In this document: positions 52,839 through 63,240 of the stretch, piece by piece
How the letters are laid out: every line of letters begins with the position of its first letter
Numbering within the stretch: the stretch's first letter is position 1
Assembly (NCBI GenBank): GCA_963663965.2
Contig: CAXXFK010000010.1
Coordinates: 96,001-160,000 of the forward strand
Reading direction: 5' to 3'
DNA length: 64,000 bases
Source: Sedimentisphaerales bacterium
Lineage (GTDB): Bacteria > Planctomycetota > Phycisphaerae > Sedimentisphaerales > SM23-30
Made by a program: the position numbers and the translations under genes
Notes under the pieces: model-generated
Seen by the model: the letters and a program-made list of their open reading frames with translations, nothing else
What the model was told of the DNA's origin: nothing
The model's database searches: none

Positions 52839-52915
52839 TTGTATTTATACCCCGGGTTTCTTAAAATACAATGCATGAAAATAGCATTATGATGCACTAA
52901 AATAAGATTTTCCCC

Positions 52916-53773
52916 ATGACCGATATCAAACAAATCAGTTTACAGGTTCGCCACTGCCGCAGCCGCCGGGACCCCGGCGGCCAGCAATGGGGCCCGCGCA
53001 CCATCCCGGACAACGAATTAGTGCTGATTATCCGGGGTAAATACGGCTACGAAGACCAGAACGGCCCGCTTATTTTAGAGCCCGGCCACCTCCTTTTCAT
53101 CGAACCCGAACTCAGACACAGCTTTCGCAAACTCCCCGAACAGCAGGATGGCCTGCACGCCTGCGCCCATTTCGATTTAATTGACACCCAGGGCCAACGC
53201 TGCTGGGTCAGCCAGCTCGGCTTACAGGTTCGCCGCGTCACCGCCGTGGACGATCTGGACTATTTCAAAATGCTCTTTGAACAGGCCGCCCGCGATTTCG
53301 TCTCCTACACCAGACTGCATCATACCGTCGTCGATAACGCCATCCGCCTGGTCTGGCTCAAAACCGTCGAAAAATGGCTGGACAACCGTTCCCAGACCAT
53401 CTCGCCCATCCTCATGGAAATGATGGAATACCTTCGCGCCAACCTCACCCGTCCCATCACCCGCCAGGACCTCTCACGCCGGTTTCACTACACCCCCGAA
53501 CACATCAACTACCTCTTCAAAAAAGAACTCGGCCTCTCACCCTCCCGCTTCCTCAACCGCGAACGGGTCATTCAGGCCTTTAAATACCTCTACGAAGATG
53601 GACTCAGCGTCCAGCAGGCCGCCGCCAAAACCGGGTTCTCCAGCCAGTACTATTTCACCCGCGTCTTCCGCGATATCTTCGGATACCCGCCCGTCCGCAT
53701 CAGAAAATACCTCAGACGCGAACTCGACAGCATCTACGACAAACACATCTTCAAAGACTCCGCCACACCCTGA
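52916..53773 (+). CDS. AraC family transcriptional regulator
   Basis: N-terminal cupin; LFKKELGLSP..AAAKTGFSSQYYFTRVFRDIFGYPP. Confidence 0.93.
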   Translation: MTDIKQISLQVRHCRSRRDPGGQQWGPRTIPDNELVLIIRGKYGYEDQNGPLILEPGHLLFIEPELRHSFRKLPEQQDGLHACAHFDLIDTQGQRCWVSQLGLQVRRVTAVDDLDYFKMLFEQAARDFVSYTRLHHTVVDNAIRLVWLKTVEKWLDNRSQTISPILMEMMEYLRANLTRPITRQDLSRRFHYTPEHINYLFKKELGLSPSRFLNRERVIQAFKYLYEDGLSVQQAAAKTGFSSQYYFTRVFRDIFGYPPVRIRKYLRRELDSIYDKHIFKDSATP

Positions 53774-53934
53774 TTATCAACCATCAATCCCCCATCCCCG
53801 CCAACTCTACAATCTCCCCCTCGGTCAATATCTTAAAGTAAATCCGAACCTCATCGATCTGCCCGGCCAATACAACTCAACCGGGCATTAAAACTATTTT
53901 AACAATCCGACCGCCTTTTCCCAACAAAAATCAA

Positions 53935-53957
53935 GTGGCACGGGCATCCTGCCCGTG
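53935..53957. repeat. REP-like palindrome
   Basis: GTGG-CACGGGCA-TCC-TGCCCGTG. Confidence 0.55.
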
Positions 53958-54768
53958 ATTTTTTCTCATTCCTACATCCCCCGGCCTGCCACGACCATCC
54001 CACCCGTAATTCCCCCTTTCCGTCCTTTTCGTTTTTTTCCCCTTTTCGCCTTTTTTCCCCACCGTATGGAGCCCACCGTTTCAACGTGTTTTTAAAAAAA
54101 TCGCTCTTTGAAAACCAAATACCATCAACCCATAGCATGGCCCCTCTATTTTGCTGCATTTTTCCCTTTATATGTCTATAACATATTATATTAAAAACAC
54201 TTAATCATGATCCCTTCCGTGTATTCCGTGTGTTCCGTGGTTATAATCTATTATATTATAATGACTTATGCATATTTACCCTTCCCCGGCCCAATATAAC
54301 GTCTCTCCAATGCGAAACAAACCCAATCCAATAAAAAATCACTGTAACTCATTATAAAATCCTGACCTACAACACATGTTTTCCAAACACTTAACAATAT
54401 TTGTATTAACAGGTATCTATACGTTATGATCAATCGGGATTCGTGATTCGATTGCCAATATTTCCACCCACCACCTCTGCCACAGCCTGCCCCCCCTTTG
54501 CACCCAGGCCGACGATTATCCAATCCAAACGAAGCCAAATACAAATATTTCCGTCATAACCAACCAAATAATAGTACCTTACCACCAGTTCCCGCTTTCA
54601 ATACTCTTCAGACAACAAACCAACCGGCCCCGCTGATTGAGGCTATTGCAATCCTTGGCCCATAACTTCATAATTACAACTCGACAGGACCGCCCTGTGC
54701 GGCTATGATAAGGACCAACTCGACAAAAACCATTAGCTGACCACTTTTAAACAGAAAAGGCATCAACC

Positions 54769-56199
54769 ATGGCAGAACTCCTCACCGCCCCCGAACGCAC
54801 CTCCAAAATGCCCAAAGCCATGCCCTTTATAATGGTCAACGAAGTCGCCGAACGCTACGCATTCTATAGCCTGATGGCAATCCTGGCGACCTTTTTACAG
54901 AAACACGTCATCACCCCCAGCGGCGAAACAGCCAACTTTACCGAAGAGCAGGTCACCGAATATGTCAGTTGGTTCCAGACCGCCTGCTACTTCGCGCCCG
55001 TCATTGGCTCCTTAATCAGTGATATCTTCTGGGGCAAATTCAAAACCATCATCCTTTTTTCCATCGTCTATTGCGTCGGTTTTGCCGCAATCACCTTGGA
55101 CCAGGGCTACCTGGGCGTAATCATTGGCCTCTCGTTAATCGCCACCGGCACAGGGATTATCAAACCCTGCGTCTCGGCCAATGTCGGCGACCAGTTCGGC
55201 CACAGCAATCAACACCTGATCTCCAAAGCCTACAACCTGTTCTACTGGGCCGTCAATATCGGCGCCACCCTGTCCATGTTCATCGCGCCGATTACCCTCG
55301 ATAAATGGGGCGTCAAATGGGCCATGGGTATCCCCGGCGGTTTCATGATATTGGCCACGCTGGTTTACTTTATTGGGAAAAGGCGTTTCGCCCATATCCC
55401 CCCCAAAGGTTTTGGCTTTGTCAAAGAGACTTTGAGTGCCGAGGGCATGCTCGTCATCCTGAAACTGTTTTTCTTCCTCTATATCTTTGTGGCCATGTTC
55501 TGGGCCCTGTTCAACCAAACCATGTCCAAATGGGTCCTCCAAGCCAAAAAAATGGACCTGACCTTCTTCAACTGGCAATTTACCCAGGATAGCTTTCCCG
55601 GCAATATTCTCTCAATATTCAACTGCCATGAGGTGCACTGGAAGATCCTTCCCGAACAGATTCAGGCCGTCAATTCGCTGATGGTCGTCCTGGCTATCCC
55701 CATTTTCACCTATGTGATCTACCCACTGCTGAACAGGATTTTCCCGCTGACCGCATTGCGAAAAGTGGCCATCGGATTTTTTATCGCGGTCCCCTCATTT
55801 ATTATTCCCGCTTTTGTGGAAAAACGGATCGGCATGGGTGAACTGCCCAGTTGCTGGTGGCAGGTGCTGGCTTACGCTTTTATCACAGCCGGTGAAGTCA
55901 TGATCTCCATTCCCGCACTGGAATTCTCCTATACTCAGGCGCCCAAGGAAATGAAATCATTCATTTCTTCACTGAATCTTATCTCGGTCGCCTTAGGCAG
56001 CCTGTTTATCGCCATCGTAAACAAATTCATTCAGAATGACGACGGAACCGTCAAACTGGATGGCCCGGCCTATTACTGGTTCTTTACCTGGCTGTTCCTG
56101 GGTGCGGGCGTGTTGTTCTGTGTCGCCTCGCAATTCTACCGCGGCCAGACCTATATCCAGGATGAAGCGGAAAAATCAGAGGCCGAAACCGAAAAATGA
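54769..56199 (+). CDS. POT/PTR family proton-dependent oligopeptide transporter
   Basis: NEVAERYAFY (ExxER), GIIKPCVSANVGDQF, FYWAVNIG, EFSYTQAPKEMKS. Confidence 0.94.
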   Translation: MAELLTAPERTSKMPKAMPFIMVNEVAERYAFYSLMAILATFLQKHVITPSGETANFTEEQVTEYVSWFQTACYFAPVIGSLISDIFWGKFKTIILFSIVYCVGFAAITLDQGYLGVIIGLSLIATGTGIIKPCVSANVGDQFGHSNQHLISKAYNLFYWAVNIGATLSMFIAPITLDKWGVKWAMGIPGGFMILATLVYFIGKRRFAHIPPKGFGFVKETLSAEGMLVILKLFFFLYIFVAMFWALFNQTMSKWVLQAKKMDLTFFNWQFTQDSFPGNILSIFNCHEVHWKILPEQIQAVNSLMVVLAIPIFTYVIYPLLNRIFPLTALRKVAIGFFIAVPSFIIPAFVEKRIGMGELPSCWWQVLAYAFITAGEVMISIPALEFSYTQAPKEMKSFISSLNLISVALGSLFIAIVNKFIQNDDGTVKLDGPAYYWFFTWLFLGAGVLFCVASQFYRGQTYIQDEAEKSEAETEK

Positions 56200-56236
56200 C
56201 CCCGGATTGTCTGTTCCGTACCGTCAATGATCCATC

Positions 56237-56265
56237 TTGACCCGGGCATGACGCTTTGATATAAT
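56237..56265 (+). promoter_or_regulatory. sigma70 promoter
   Basis: TTGACC-17-TATAAT upstream of the PTS-CBS gene. Confidence 0.65.
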
Positions 56266-56333
56266 CGAGTTAATGCTTACAGGGATCTGTTGACTGTTTA
56301 TCCGTAACTCAACCCATATGGAGATGCGATGGT

Positions 56334-57266
56334 ATGGCAGTAAAAAAGTCTAACGGCGGCGTGGCGTTTTCTTCGTTATTCACTCCCGATCAGATCATCT
56401 GTCAGACGGAGTGCCAGGATCGGGACACAATTTTGATGGACCTGCTCAAACAGCTGGCGTTTCAAAGAGGGATCGGCAACGTCAATCAGGCCTATCAGGC
56501 CGTCATCGCTCAGGAAAATATCACTCCTGCCATCGCCGGGCCCCATATCGCCATTCCTCACGCCCGCCTCGATTATATTGACGAAGTCGTCGTCGGCATC
56601 GCCACCTCCCGTGAGGGTATCCAATACAGCCCGGATCAATCACTTCCCATCAAGTTGATCATACTGATTCTGGCGCCCAAAGCCTCGCCCGGCATTTACC
56701 TCCAAACCCTGAGCTCGATTGCCAGAATCTGCCAGGATCCTCAAACCGGCAAAATCGTTTCCGAACTGACCAATGCCAAACAGGTGTGGAAATTTTTCGA
56801 TTCCGGCGGCATGGTGCTGCCCGACTACGTCACCGCCCGCGATATCATGGACCCGGTCGTAGCCAAACTCAATGAAGATGACACCCTGGAACAGGCTATC
56901 GATCTGTTTGTCCGCCATCGCATGCGGGAACTGCCCGTGGTTGACAAGGAAGATGAACTGATCGGCGTGGTCACTGCTTATGAACTGCTGAAAGTCTGTC
57001 TACCGGATTATATCCTCTGGATGGACGACCTGACCCCGATTATTAATTTTGAGCCGTTCGCCGAAATTCTGCGTAAAGAAAGCCAGACCTGGCTGGCAGA
57101 AATCATGACCGGCAATTACGCGATTGTTCAGGAAACCGAACCGGCGATTCAGGTCGCCAAGGAAATCACCCGTCAGCAAACCGATTTCGCTTATGTAGTG
57201 CGAAATAAACAACTTATCGGCGTGGTATCTCTGGTCGGATTTTTACACAAGGTTTTGCGAGAATAG
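56334..57266 (+). CDS. PTS EIIA (Ntr/Fru-type) domain fused to a CBS pair
   Basis: IAIPHAR phospho-His motif; VTARDIM..LPVVD..LIGVVT CBS motifs. Confidence 0.88.
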   Translation: MAVKKSNGGVAFSSLFTPDQIICQTECQDRDTILMDLLKQLAFQRGIGNVNQAYQAVIAQENITPAIAGPHIAIPHARLDYIDEVVVGIATSREGIQYSPDQSLPIKLIILILAPKASPGIYLQTLSSIARICQDPQTGKIVSELTNAKQVWKFFDSGGMVLPDYVTARDIMDPVVAKLNEDDTLEQAIDLFVRHRMRELPVVDKEDELIGVVTAYELLKVCLPDYILWMDDLTPIINFEPFAEILRKESQTWLAEIMTGNYAIVQETEPAIQVAKEITRQQTDFAYVVRNKQLIGVVSLVGFLHKVLRE

Positions 57267-57308
57267 CCATGCTCACTTCAATCGGAGCTTAGAATTACCC
57301 CTGGTGGG

Positions 57309-58820
57309 ATGGTCTTTACCCAACATCTCGGAGTCGACATGCAATCCAACAACAAAAAAAGCGATGCAAGGAACATGCTAATTCGCGCCCTTGTTATGTT
57401 TGGCATCAGCCTTCTGGTGGGCCTGGGCGCCATGCACATGGGACTCAACCAGCAGCAGATCCTGTCCTGTACCATTTTTATCACAATCATCATGGCGACC
57501 CTGCTCTTCTGGAAATTCAGACTGGCCATCGCCTTTGTTGGTATCGGGGTACTGATGGGGATGAACACGCTGAATTTGCCAACCTTCATCGAAGAATGCA
57601 AACTGGATGTCATTCTTTTTCTGGTTGGCATGATGGTCACCGTGGGCGTACTTAAGGAACTGGGGTTATTCACCTGGATGATCCAGATTGTCATCAACTC
57701 GCATCACATGAGCGGTGAACGTTTCGTCGCCACGATCATTTTCATGGGCGCGCTGATGTCCTGCGCCGTGAATGAAGTCACTTCGATCGTATTCGTGGCA
57801 ACACTGATATTTCAAGTATGCGATACCTTGAAAATAAAACCGGTCCCCTTTGTTATTATTGCGGTGATGGGCACCAATATCGGCTCATTTGGCACCATGC
57901 TGGGTAATCCGGTGGGTATCCTGATCGGCCAGAACGCCCAACCTCCCCTGAATTTCATGGATTTCCTTACCTGGTCATTTCCCATTATGCTCGTATCGCT
58001 GGTCGCGACAATGATCGTCTTAATGGTCTGGTTCCGCAAAGATATCGCCTTGTTATCCGAACGATTGCAGACCCGGCGTGAAATGGGCCTGGGACTGGGC
58101 CCACTGGTTCAGGTGCCCTATCGCCGGGGACTGGCGATTCTGACCGGTATGATCCTCTTTATCGCCATGCACCACTGGCTGGAAGAAAAACTGGGCCTGG
58201 CGCCCAATACCATATTAATTGTCGCTCCCCTGGTCATTGCCGGCCTGCTGATGATCTGGCGTCATGAACGGGCGCGTCATTATATCGAAGCCGATGTCGA
58301 ATGGTGGACATTATTATTCTTTATGATGCTGTTTGCGGTTGCCGGCACCCTGGAACATACCAATGTAACCCATGAAATTGCGGTACGGTTCCAAACGGCC
58401 TTTGGCGACCGGATTTCGATTTTAACCCCCATCATTATCTTCCTGTCAGCGATAGGCTCCGCTTTTGTTGACAATATCGTGTTTGTGGCCGCTTTTATGC
58501 CGGTAGTCAACAAATTGGAACACACCCCACTGCTCTGGGCCTTGCTGCAAGGGGCTTGCCTGGGGGGGAATATCACCATGATCGGCTCGACCGCCAATAT
58601 TGTGGCGCTGGGTATGCTGGAAAAACGCTACCGGGTCCATATCAAATTTTTCGATTGGATCAAAGTCGGCGCCATCGTCGGCCTGGTCACCGCGTTGATA
58701 TCCTGGGCCGGGATCGCCATGCTGGCCGGTAAAATGCCCACCAAAGCTGAACGCATGCAAAGAATTGCCGATCATACCTCCCAGGAGATCCCCTCGAATT
58801 CACACACCGAAAAACCATAA
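57309..58820 (+). CDS. ArsB/NhaD/SLC13 (IT superfamily) ion permease
   Basis: FLVGMM, TNIGSFGTMLGNP, SAFVDNI, LGGNITMIGSTANIVA. Confidence 0.9.
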   Translation: MVFTQHLGVDMQSNNKKSDARNMLIRALVMFGISLLVGLGAMHMGLNQQQILSCTIFITIIMATLLFWKFRLAIAFVGIGVLMGMNTLNLPTFIEECKLDVILFLVGMMVTVGVLKELGLFTWMIQIVINSHHMSGERFVATIIFMGALMSCAVNEVTSIVFVATLIFQVCDTLKIKPVPFVIIAVMGTNIGSFGTMLGNPVGILIGQNAQPPLNFMDFLTWSFPIMLVSLVATMIVLMVWFRKDIALLSERLQTRREMGLGLGPLVQVPYRRGLAILTGMILFIAMHHWLEEKLGLAPNTILIVAPLVIAGLLMIWRHERARHYIEADVEWWTLLFFMMLFAVAGTLEHTNVTHEIAVRFQTAFGDRISILTPIIIFLSAIGSAFVDNIVFVAAFMPVVNKLEHTPLLWALLQGACLGGNITMIGSTANIVALGMLEKRYRVHIKFFDWIKVGAIVGLVTALISWAGIAMLAGKMPTKAERMQRIADHTSQEIPSNSHTEKP

Positions 58821-58847
58821 CGTCCGGACGCAAGGAAAGATATGGGA

Positions 58848-60134
58848 TCAACTGCTGCTTCCGTTTTGAGGCGGGAGAATCTCCAGTTTAATCCGGTCAA
58901 TCTTACGGGACTGGGCGTTTATTACGGTAAATTTCATGTTTTTATAAACAAATTCCTCACCCTGCTTAGGAATATGCCCCAACTGAGCGAATATAAACCC
59001 ACCCACTGTTTCATAATCTTCATCTTCCGGCAGTTCCAGATCATATTCATCGTTCAGTTCATCCACACTAAAACGCGCGTCGATCTCAAAGGTTTTATCT
59101 TCGAGCTGTTTGACCATTTCCTCGCGGGGGGGTTCGTGCTCATCGATAATTTCGCCCACTAATTCTTCCAGAATATCTTCAAAGGTTACGACACCGGCCG
59201 TGCCCCCATATTCATCCAGAACGACCGCAATATGTACTTTTTGATTCTGAAAATCATGCAGTAAGTCGCGTAAGCACTTACTCTCAGGCACAAATAAAGG
59301 TTTGCGCAATAATTTGTTAATATCGAACGCTTCATCAGGCGAATCGACATAACCTATTAAATCTTTGGAATAGAGAATCGCCACAATATGATCGATCGAC
59401 TGATCATATACCGGATACCGTGAATAACCATTTTCATTAATTAGACCGGCCACTTCCGTTAAAGAGGCATTAATCGGTATACCAATAATATCCGTGCGCG
59501 GTGTCATGATTTCGCCGGCGGTGGTCTCTCGGAACTCCAATACCGAGACAATCATTTCCTTTTCTTCTTCGTCCACAACCCCGCGCTGCTCCCCTTCTTC
59601 CATGACGCTAAGCAGCCGTTCCTGCCGCTCTTCATTATTACCATTTTCATCTTCACTTTTACCGGCGATTTTTCCAGCGATAGGATAAATCAAGTGTAAA
59701 ATGGCAATAACGGGGCGAATGACGACTTCGACTGCCCGGATGATACTATAGCCGCGAACCAGAACTGCGGTACCACCATAACGCGCCCAGGCATTAGGAA
59801 TCACCACTGAAAATAAACTCAGTAGAATCACACAAAAAAAGCAACCATAGATTACTGTACTGGCGGATAGCGTATCCTTCTCAAAAGACATGGCAAAAAT
59901 GACACCGGAAACGATCGTCAAGTTGCAAACCAGCCGTAATATTTCCATGGCTGACATAAACCGCTCAAAGTCATCCCGCAAGGTAATGAAACGGTATGGT
60001 TTATTGATTTCATCAAAGGCGTCTTCCAGCCGAATCCAGGATGCGCGACGCAAGGAGTGAACCGCCAACGAAAAAAACAACGTTAACGGAACACAAACGG
60101 CCACAACGATAAAACTGGTTACCTGGGGATTCAT
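58848..60134 (-). CDS. CNNM/CorC-HlyC (hemolysin-like) CBS protein
   Basis: EIMTPRTDI, YSRYPVY, VLDEYGGTAGVVTFEDILEELVGEI, YETVGGF. Confidence 0.93.
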   Translation of the reverse strand: MNPQVTSFIVVAVCVPLTLFFSLAVHSLRRASWIRLEDAFDEINKPYRFITLRDDFERFMSAMEILRLVCNLTIVSGVIFAMSFEKDTLSASTVIYGCFFCVILLSLFSVVIPNAWARYGGTAVLVRGYSIIRAVEVVIRPVIAILHLIYPIAGKIAGKSEDENGNNEERQERLLSVMEEGEQRGVVDEEEKEMIVSVLEFRETTAGEIMTPRTDIIGIPINASLTEVAGLINENGYSRYPVYDQSIDHIVAILYSKDLIGYVDSPDEAFDINKLLRKPLFVPESKCLRDLLHDFQNQKVHIAVVLDEYGGTAGVVTFEDILEELVGEIIDEHEPPREEMVKQLEDKTFEIDARFSVDELNDEYDLELPEDEDYETVGGFIFAQLGHIPKQGEEFVYKNMKFTVINAQSRKIDRIKLEILPPQNGSSS

Positions 60135-60607
60135 TCGCCGGTCCCTCCCCGGTAGACGGCACCGAAGCCCAACTCCGTCAACAATTCATCTTCGCGTTGA
60201 TGCATCAACGTCGCATCATCAAGACTTTGATCATCATAACCCAATTGGTGTAACAACCCATGTGTCAGATACAAAGCCAGTTCCGCCATTGGTTGATTAC
60301 CGCTTTGATGCGCCTGGCGAGCCGCCAGAGGGGCATTGACCACGACTTCGCACTCCAGAGATGATGAGACTGTCGGTTCACTGAGGTCAAAACTGATGAC
60401 ATCGGTACTGATATCGATCCCGAAAAACTCGCGTTTCAAATTACGAATGGTATCATCATTCACAACCGCAACACTAATATTTGCCTCATGGCAATCGGAT
60501 GCGGTCAGGACATATTGAGCAATATGACGCAACTGATCCGGGTCAGGATCAAATCCTTCTTCGGCGGCGTTCTCTTCTACTACGATTTGAATATTATGCA
60601 TAGACAA
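60131..60607 (-). CDS. ybeY: rRNA maturation endoribonuclease YbeY
   Basis: TDVISF and HGLLHQLGYDD motifs. Confidence 0.92.
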   Translation of the reverse strand: MSMHNIQIVVEENAAEEGFDPDPDQLRHIAQYVLTASDCHEANISVAVVNDDTIRNLKREFFGIDISTDVISFDLSEPTVSSSLECEVVVNAPLAARQAHQSGNQPMAELALYLTHGLLHQLGYDDQSLDDATLMHQREDELLTELGFGAVYRGGTGE

Positions 60608-60649
60608 ACAATTAAATTCAATAAGCTTAAAATTTTCAGTGGAATTGTA

Positions 60650-62257
60650 TCATACCTGGGCCTGAGAGGGCTCATTCGATTCGTTGGGAGCATTCTCATT
60701 TTTTTCGAGGCCCGCACTACTCTTAGTGTCTTTCGACGGATCGGCATCCAGACGGGTTGGATAAGCTATACGACCATGATACATGGCGCATAAACTTTTC
60801 GTCAAACTGGTCTCGATACGATTCAATTCTTTCATTGTCAGATCACACTCATTAAACTGTCCATCCTGTAAACGTTTCATTGCCATCAGATGAACAATAT
60901 TCTCAATCCGGCTGGGAGTCGGTTCCTTCATGGCACGGGTTGCCCCTTCCACGGCATCGGCCAACATGACAATTGCCGACTCACGCGTCTGGGGTTTTGG
61001 GCCGGGATATCGGAATTCAGTTTCTTCAACCTTCTGACCGGTTTTCTCCTCATTCTTGGTCGCTTCGTGATAAAAATATTCAACCAGCGTCGTCCCATGA
61101 TGGGTCGCAGTGAACTGATGAAGAATTTTGGGGATACGATATTCCCTCAACATTTCCAACCCATCCTTCACATGCCCCACAATAATCATGCGGCTCATGG
61201 TGGGCGATAGCAGTTTATGCTGATTCATCTGTCCTTCCTGATTTTCGACGAAATACCGGGGTTTATTCAGTTTGCCTACGTCGTGATAATAACTACCAAC
61301 GCGGCATAGCAAGCCATTGGCTCCAATGGATTCAGCGGCAGATTCGGCCAGCATCCCGATTTGCCAGCTATGATTAAACGTTCCCGGCGCTTCAATCGCC
61401 AGACGTTTCAAGAGTGGCTGGGTTGCTTCGCCATAAGACAGTAAGGTCATATCGGACGCCGTGCGGAATAACCGTTCGATAATCGGCAGTAATGCCTGCA
61501 TGATCAAGCCGACAAAGACGGTACCCCCAGCCCCATAACCGCAATCCCGCAGGATTTTTTGATAATAAATCGTCGTCCCATCAGCAGATTGTTCCCAGAT
61601 TCCAACCACAAAAATCAGAATGAAAACCATGCCGGCCGCCAAGACACACACTTCGATCAACCGGGTAAAAGACCTGATCCGTTTCAGCAGCAAAACAGCA
61701 ATTCCAGTGCCGCCGCCGCTGGCAAGAAGAATACCCAAGCCACGATGGAACGATTCTGCGGTATCGGCAATCGACATGGCACAAATCAACGCCAGAAACG
61801 ATCCAATACCCAACGCGAAGCGCTGATTGTAAGCGATCGTAAAAGTAATCCCCGTAATCATAACCGGCATAACCGCGACATAATCAGGCCATTTCTGTAC
61901 CACGCTTAAACGGACAAATCCCATCATGATGAAAAGAACAAACAGTAACAATGTACCACGGAGATGATTTTTTATAACTCTGGGTTCATTCAAGACCACA
62001 TACAATCCCAATGCCGTGCCCATAAAGAGCATTAAAAACCAGTTGATCATGTATCGGCCCAAACTTGGCCAGATCAGATGATTTCCCTGATCATCGATAT
62101 ACCCACCCAGACTTAAAATCAGGCTGGACATACCAATAAACAGCAACAGCAAAAGGATAGATCCCGGAGCTCCCGACTCGAAGAATATTCGACGTCGGGC
62201 TGCCGATTCGCTCTCCAATACACGTTTTGTATTGACTCGTTTAGTCTTCCTGGCCAT
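60650..62257 (-). CDS. 7TM-HD phosphohydrolase (PgpH-like), no large extracellular domain
   Basis: EAPGTFNHS, YYHDVGK..YFVENQ, HHGTT..YFY, FRYPGPKP, MLADAVE. Confidence 0.92.
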   Translation of the reverse strand: MARKTKRVNTKRVLESESAARRRIFFESGAPGSILLLLLFIGMSSLILSLGGYIDDQGNHLIWPSLGRYMINWFLMLFMGTALGLYVVLNEPRVIKNHLRGTLLLFVLFIMMGFVRLSVVQKWPDYVAVMPVMITGITFTIAYNQRFALGIGSFLALICAMSIADTAESFHRGLGILLASGGGTGIAVLLLKRIRSFTRLIEVCVLAAGMVFILIFVVGIWEQSADGTTIYYQKILRDCGYGAGGTVFVGLIMQALLPIIERLFRTASDMTLLSYGEATQPLLKRLAIEAPGTFNHSWQIGMLAESAAESIGANGLLCRVGSYYHDVGKLNKPRYFVENQEGQMNQHKLLSPTMSRMIIVGHVKDGLEMLREYRIPKILHQFTATHHGTTLVEYFYHEATKNEEKTGQKVEETEFRYPGPKPQTRESAIVMLADAVEGATRAMKEPTPSRIENIVHLMAMKRLQDGQFNECDLTMKELNRIETSLTKSLCAMYHGRIAYPTRLDADPSKDTKSSAGLEKNENAPNESNEPSQAQV

Positions 62258-63176
62258 AAGCTTTCACTATTCTTTGCACTAACCGATGCCGAACAATATC
62301 CACTTCGGTCAGCCGGATAATGGCAATGCCTGGAATCCCGCGTAATCGTTTAATCGCATCGGATAAACCCGATGTTCTACCTTTTTCCAGATCGGTTTGC
62401 GAGACATCACCCGTTACAATCATTTTTGAATCCTGCCCCAGTCGAGTCAGAAACATCAGCATCTGCGAAACAGTGGTATTCTGGGCTTCATCAAGGATCA
62501 CTACGGCATTATTCAATGTACGCCCACGCATAAACGCCAGCGGAACAACTTCAATAATATCATTCTGTATAAATTGTCGTACTTGATTATAGTCCATCAT
62601 ATCGCCCAAAGCATCAAAAAGCGGACGTAAATATGGATTAACCTTGGCCTGCATATCACCGGGCAGAAAACCCAGTTTTTCGCCAGCCTCAACAGCCGGC
62701 CGGGCCAGAATAATGCGGCGAATAGATCCCCCTTTTAACATGGCTACCGCCAGCGCCACAGCCAGATAGGTTTTGCCAGTTCCCGCAGGACCGGTACAAA
62801 ACACCATATCATTATGTTCGAGCGCCTGGATATATTCTTCCTGCCCTTCCGTTTTCGCCAGAATCGTCCGACCAGGCAAATAAACCTGCAATTGCTCCTG
62901 TTCACCCCGGGGACCGTGGCCATGCCCCAGATGTTTCAGCATAGATAGAATATCATCTTTTTCTATCTGATCGCTGCGCTTGAGTTTACGCTGCATAGCG
63001 TTCAACAGCGAAGCTGCGCGAGCCACTGATTCCTGCTCCCCTTTAATCGTAACACGCTCATCCCGCGCCACTATGGCCACTTCACATAATTCTCTGATGA
63101 GGCGTAGATTGCCATCGCTGGAACCAAACAACTGCACCCGTTTTTCAGGATTTTCAAGTGTAATAGTCAATTCCAA
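62241..63176 (-). CDS. phoH: PhoH-like ATPase
   Basis: GPAGTGKTYLA, RPAVEAGEKLGFLPG, FMRGRTL, DEAQN. Confidence 0.95.
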   Translation of the reverse strand: MELTITLENPEKRVQLFGSSDGNLRLIRELCEVAIVARDERVTIKGEQESVARAASLLNAMQRKLKRSDQIEKDDILSMLKHLGHGHGPRGEQEQLQVYLPGRTILAKTEGQEEYIQALEHNDMVFCTGPAGTGKTYLAVALAVAMLKGGSIRRIILARPAVEAGEKLGFLPGDMQAKVNPYLRPLFDALGDMMDYNQVRQFIQNDIIEVVPLAFMRGRTLNNAVVILDEAQNTTVSQMLMFLTRLGQDSKMIVTGDVSQTDLEKGRTSGLSDAIKRLRGIPGIAIIRLTEVDIVRHRLVQRIVKAYGQED

Positions 63177-63240
63177 GTCTTGTATTCAACTCCAATTTTC
63201 AAACGAATCCTTTTACGCATGGCTGTTTCGTCAACTACAA

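Noticed and set aside
54266..54544. 92-aa ORF in the intergenic gap (also 53899-54159)
   Set aside because: Low-complexity composition, no RBS or motifs; likely spurious
54591..54599. CCCGCTTTC matching the tRNA-Gly 3' end as a possible attR
   Set aside because: Only 9 bp, expected by chance at this scale; no integrase present
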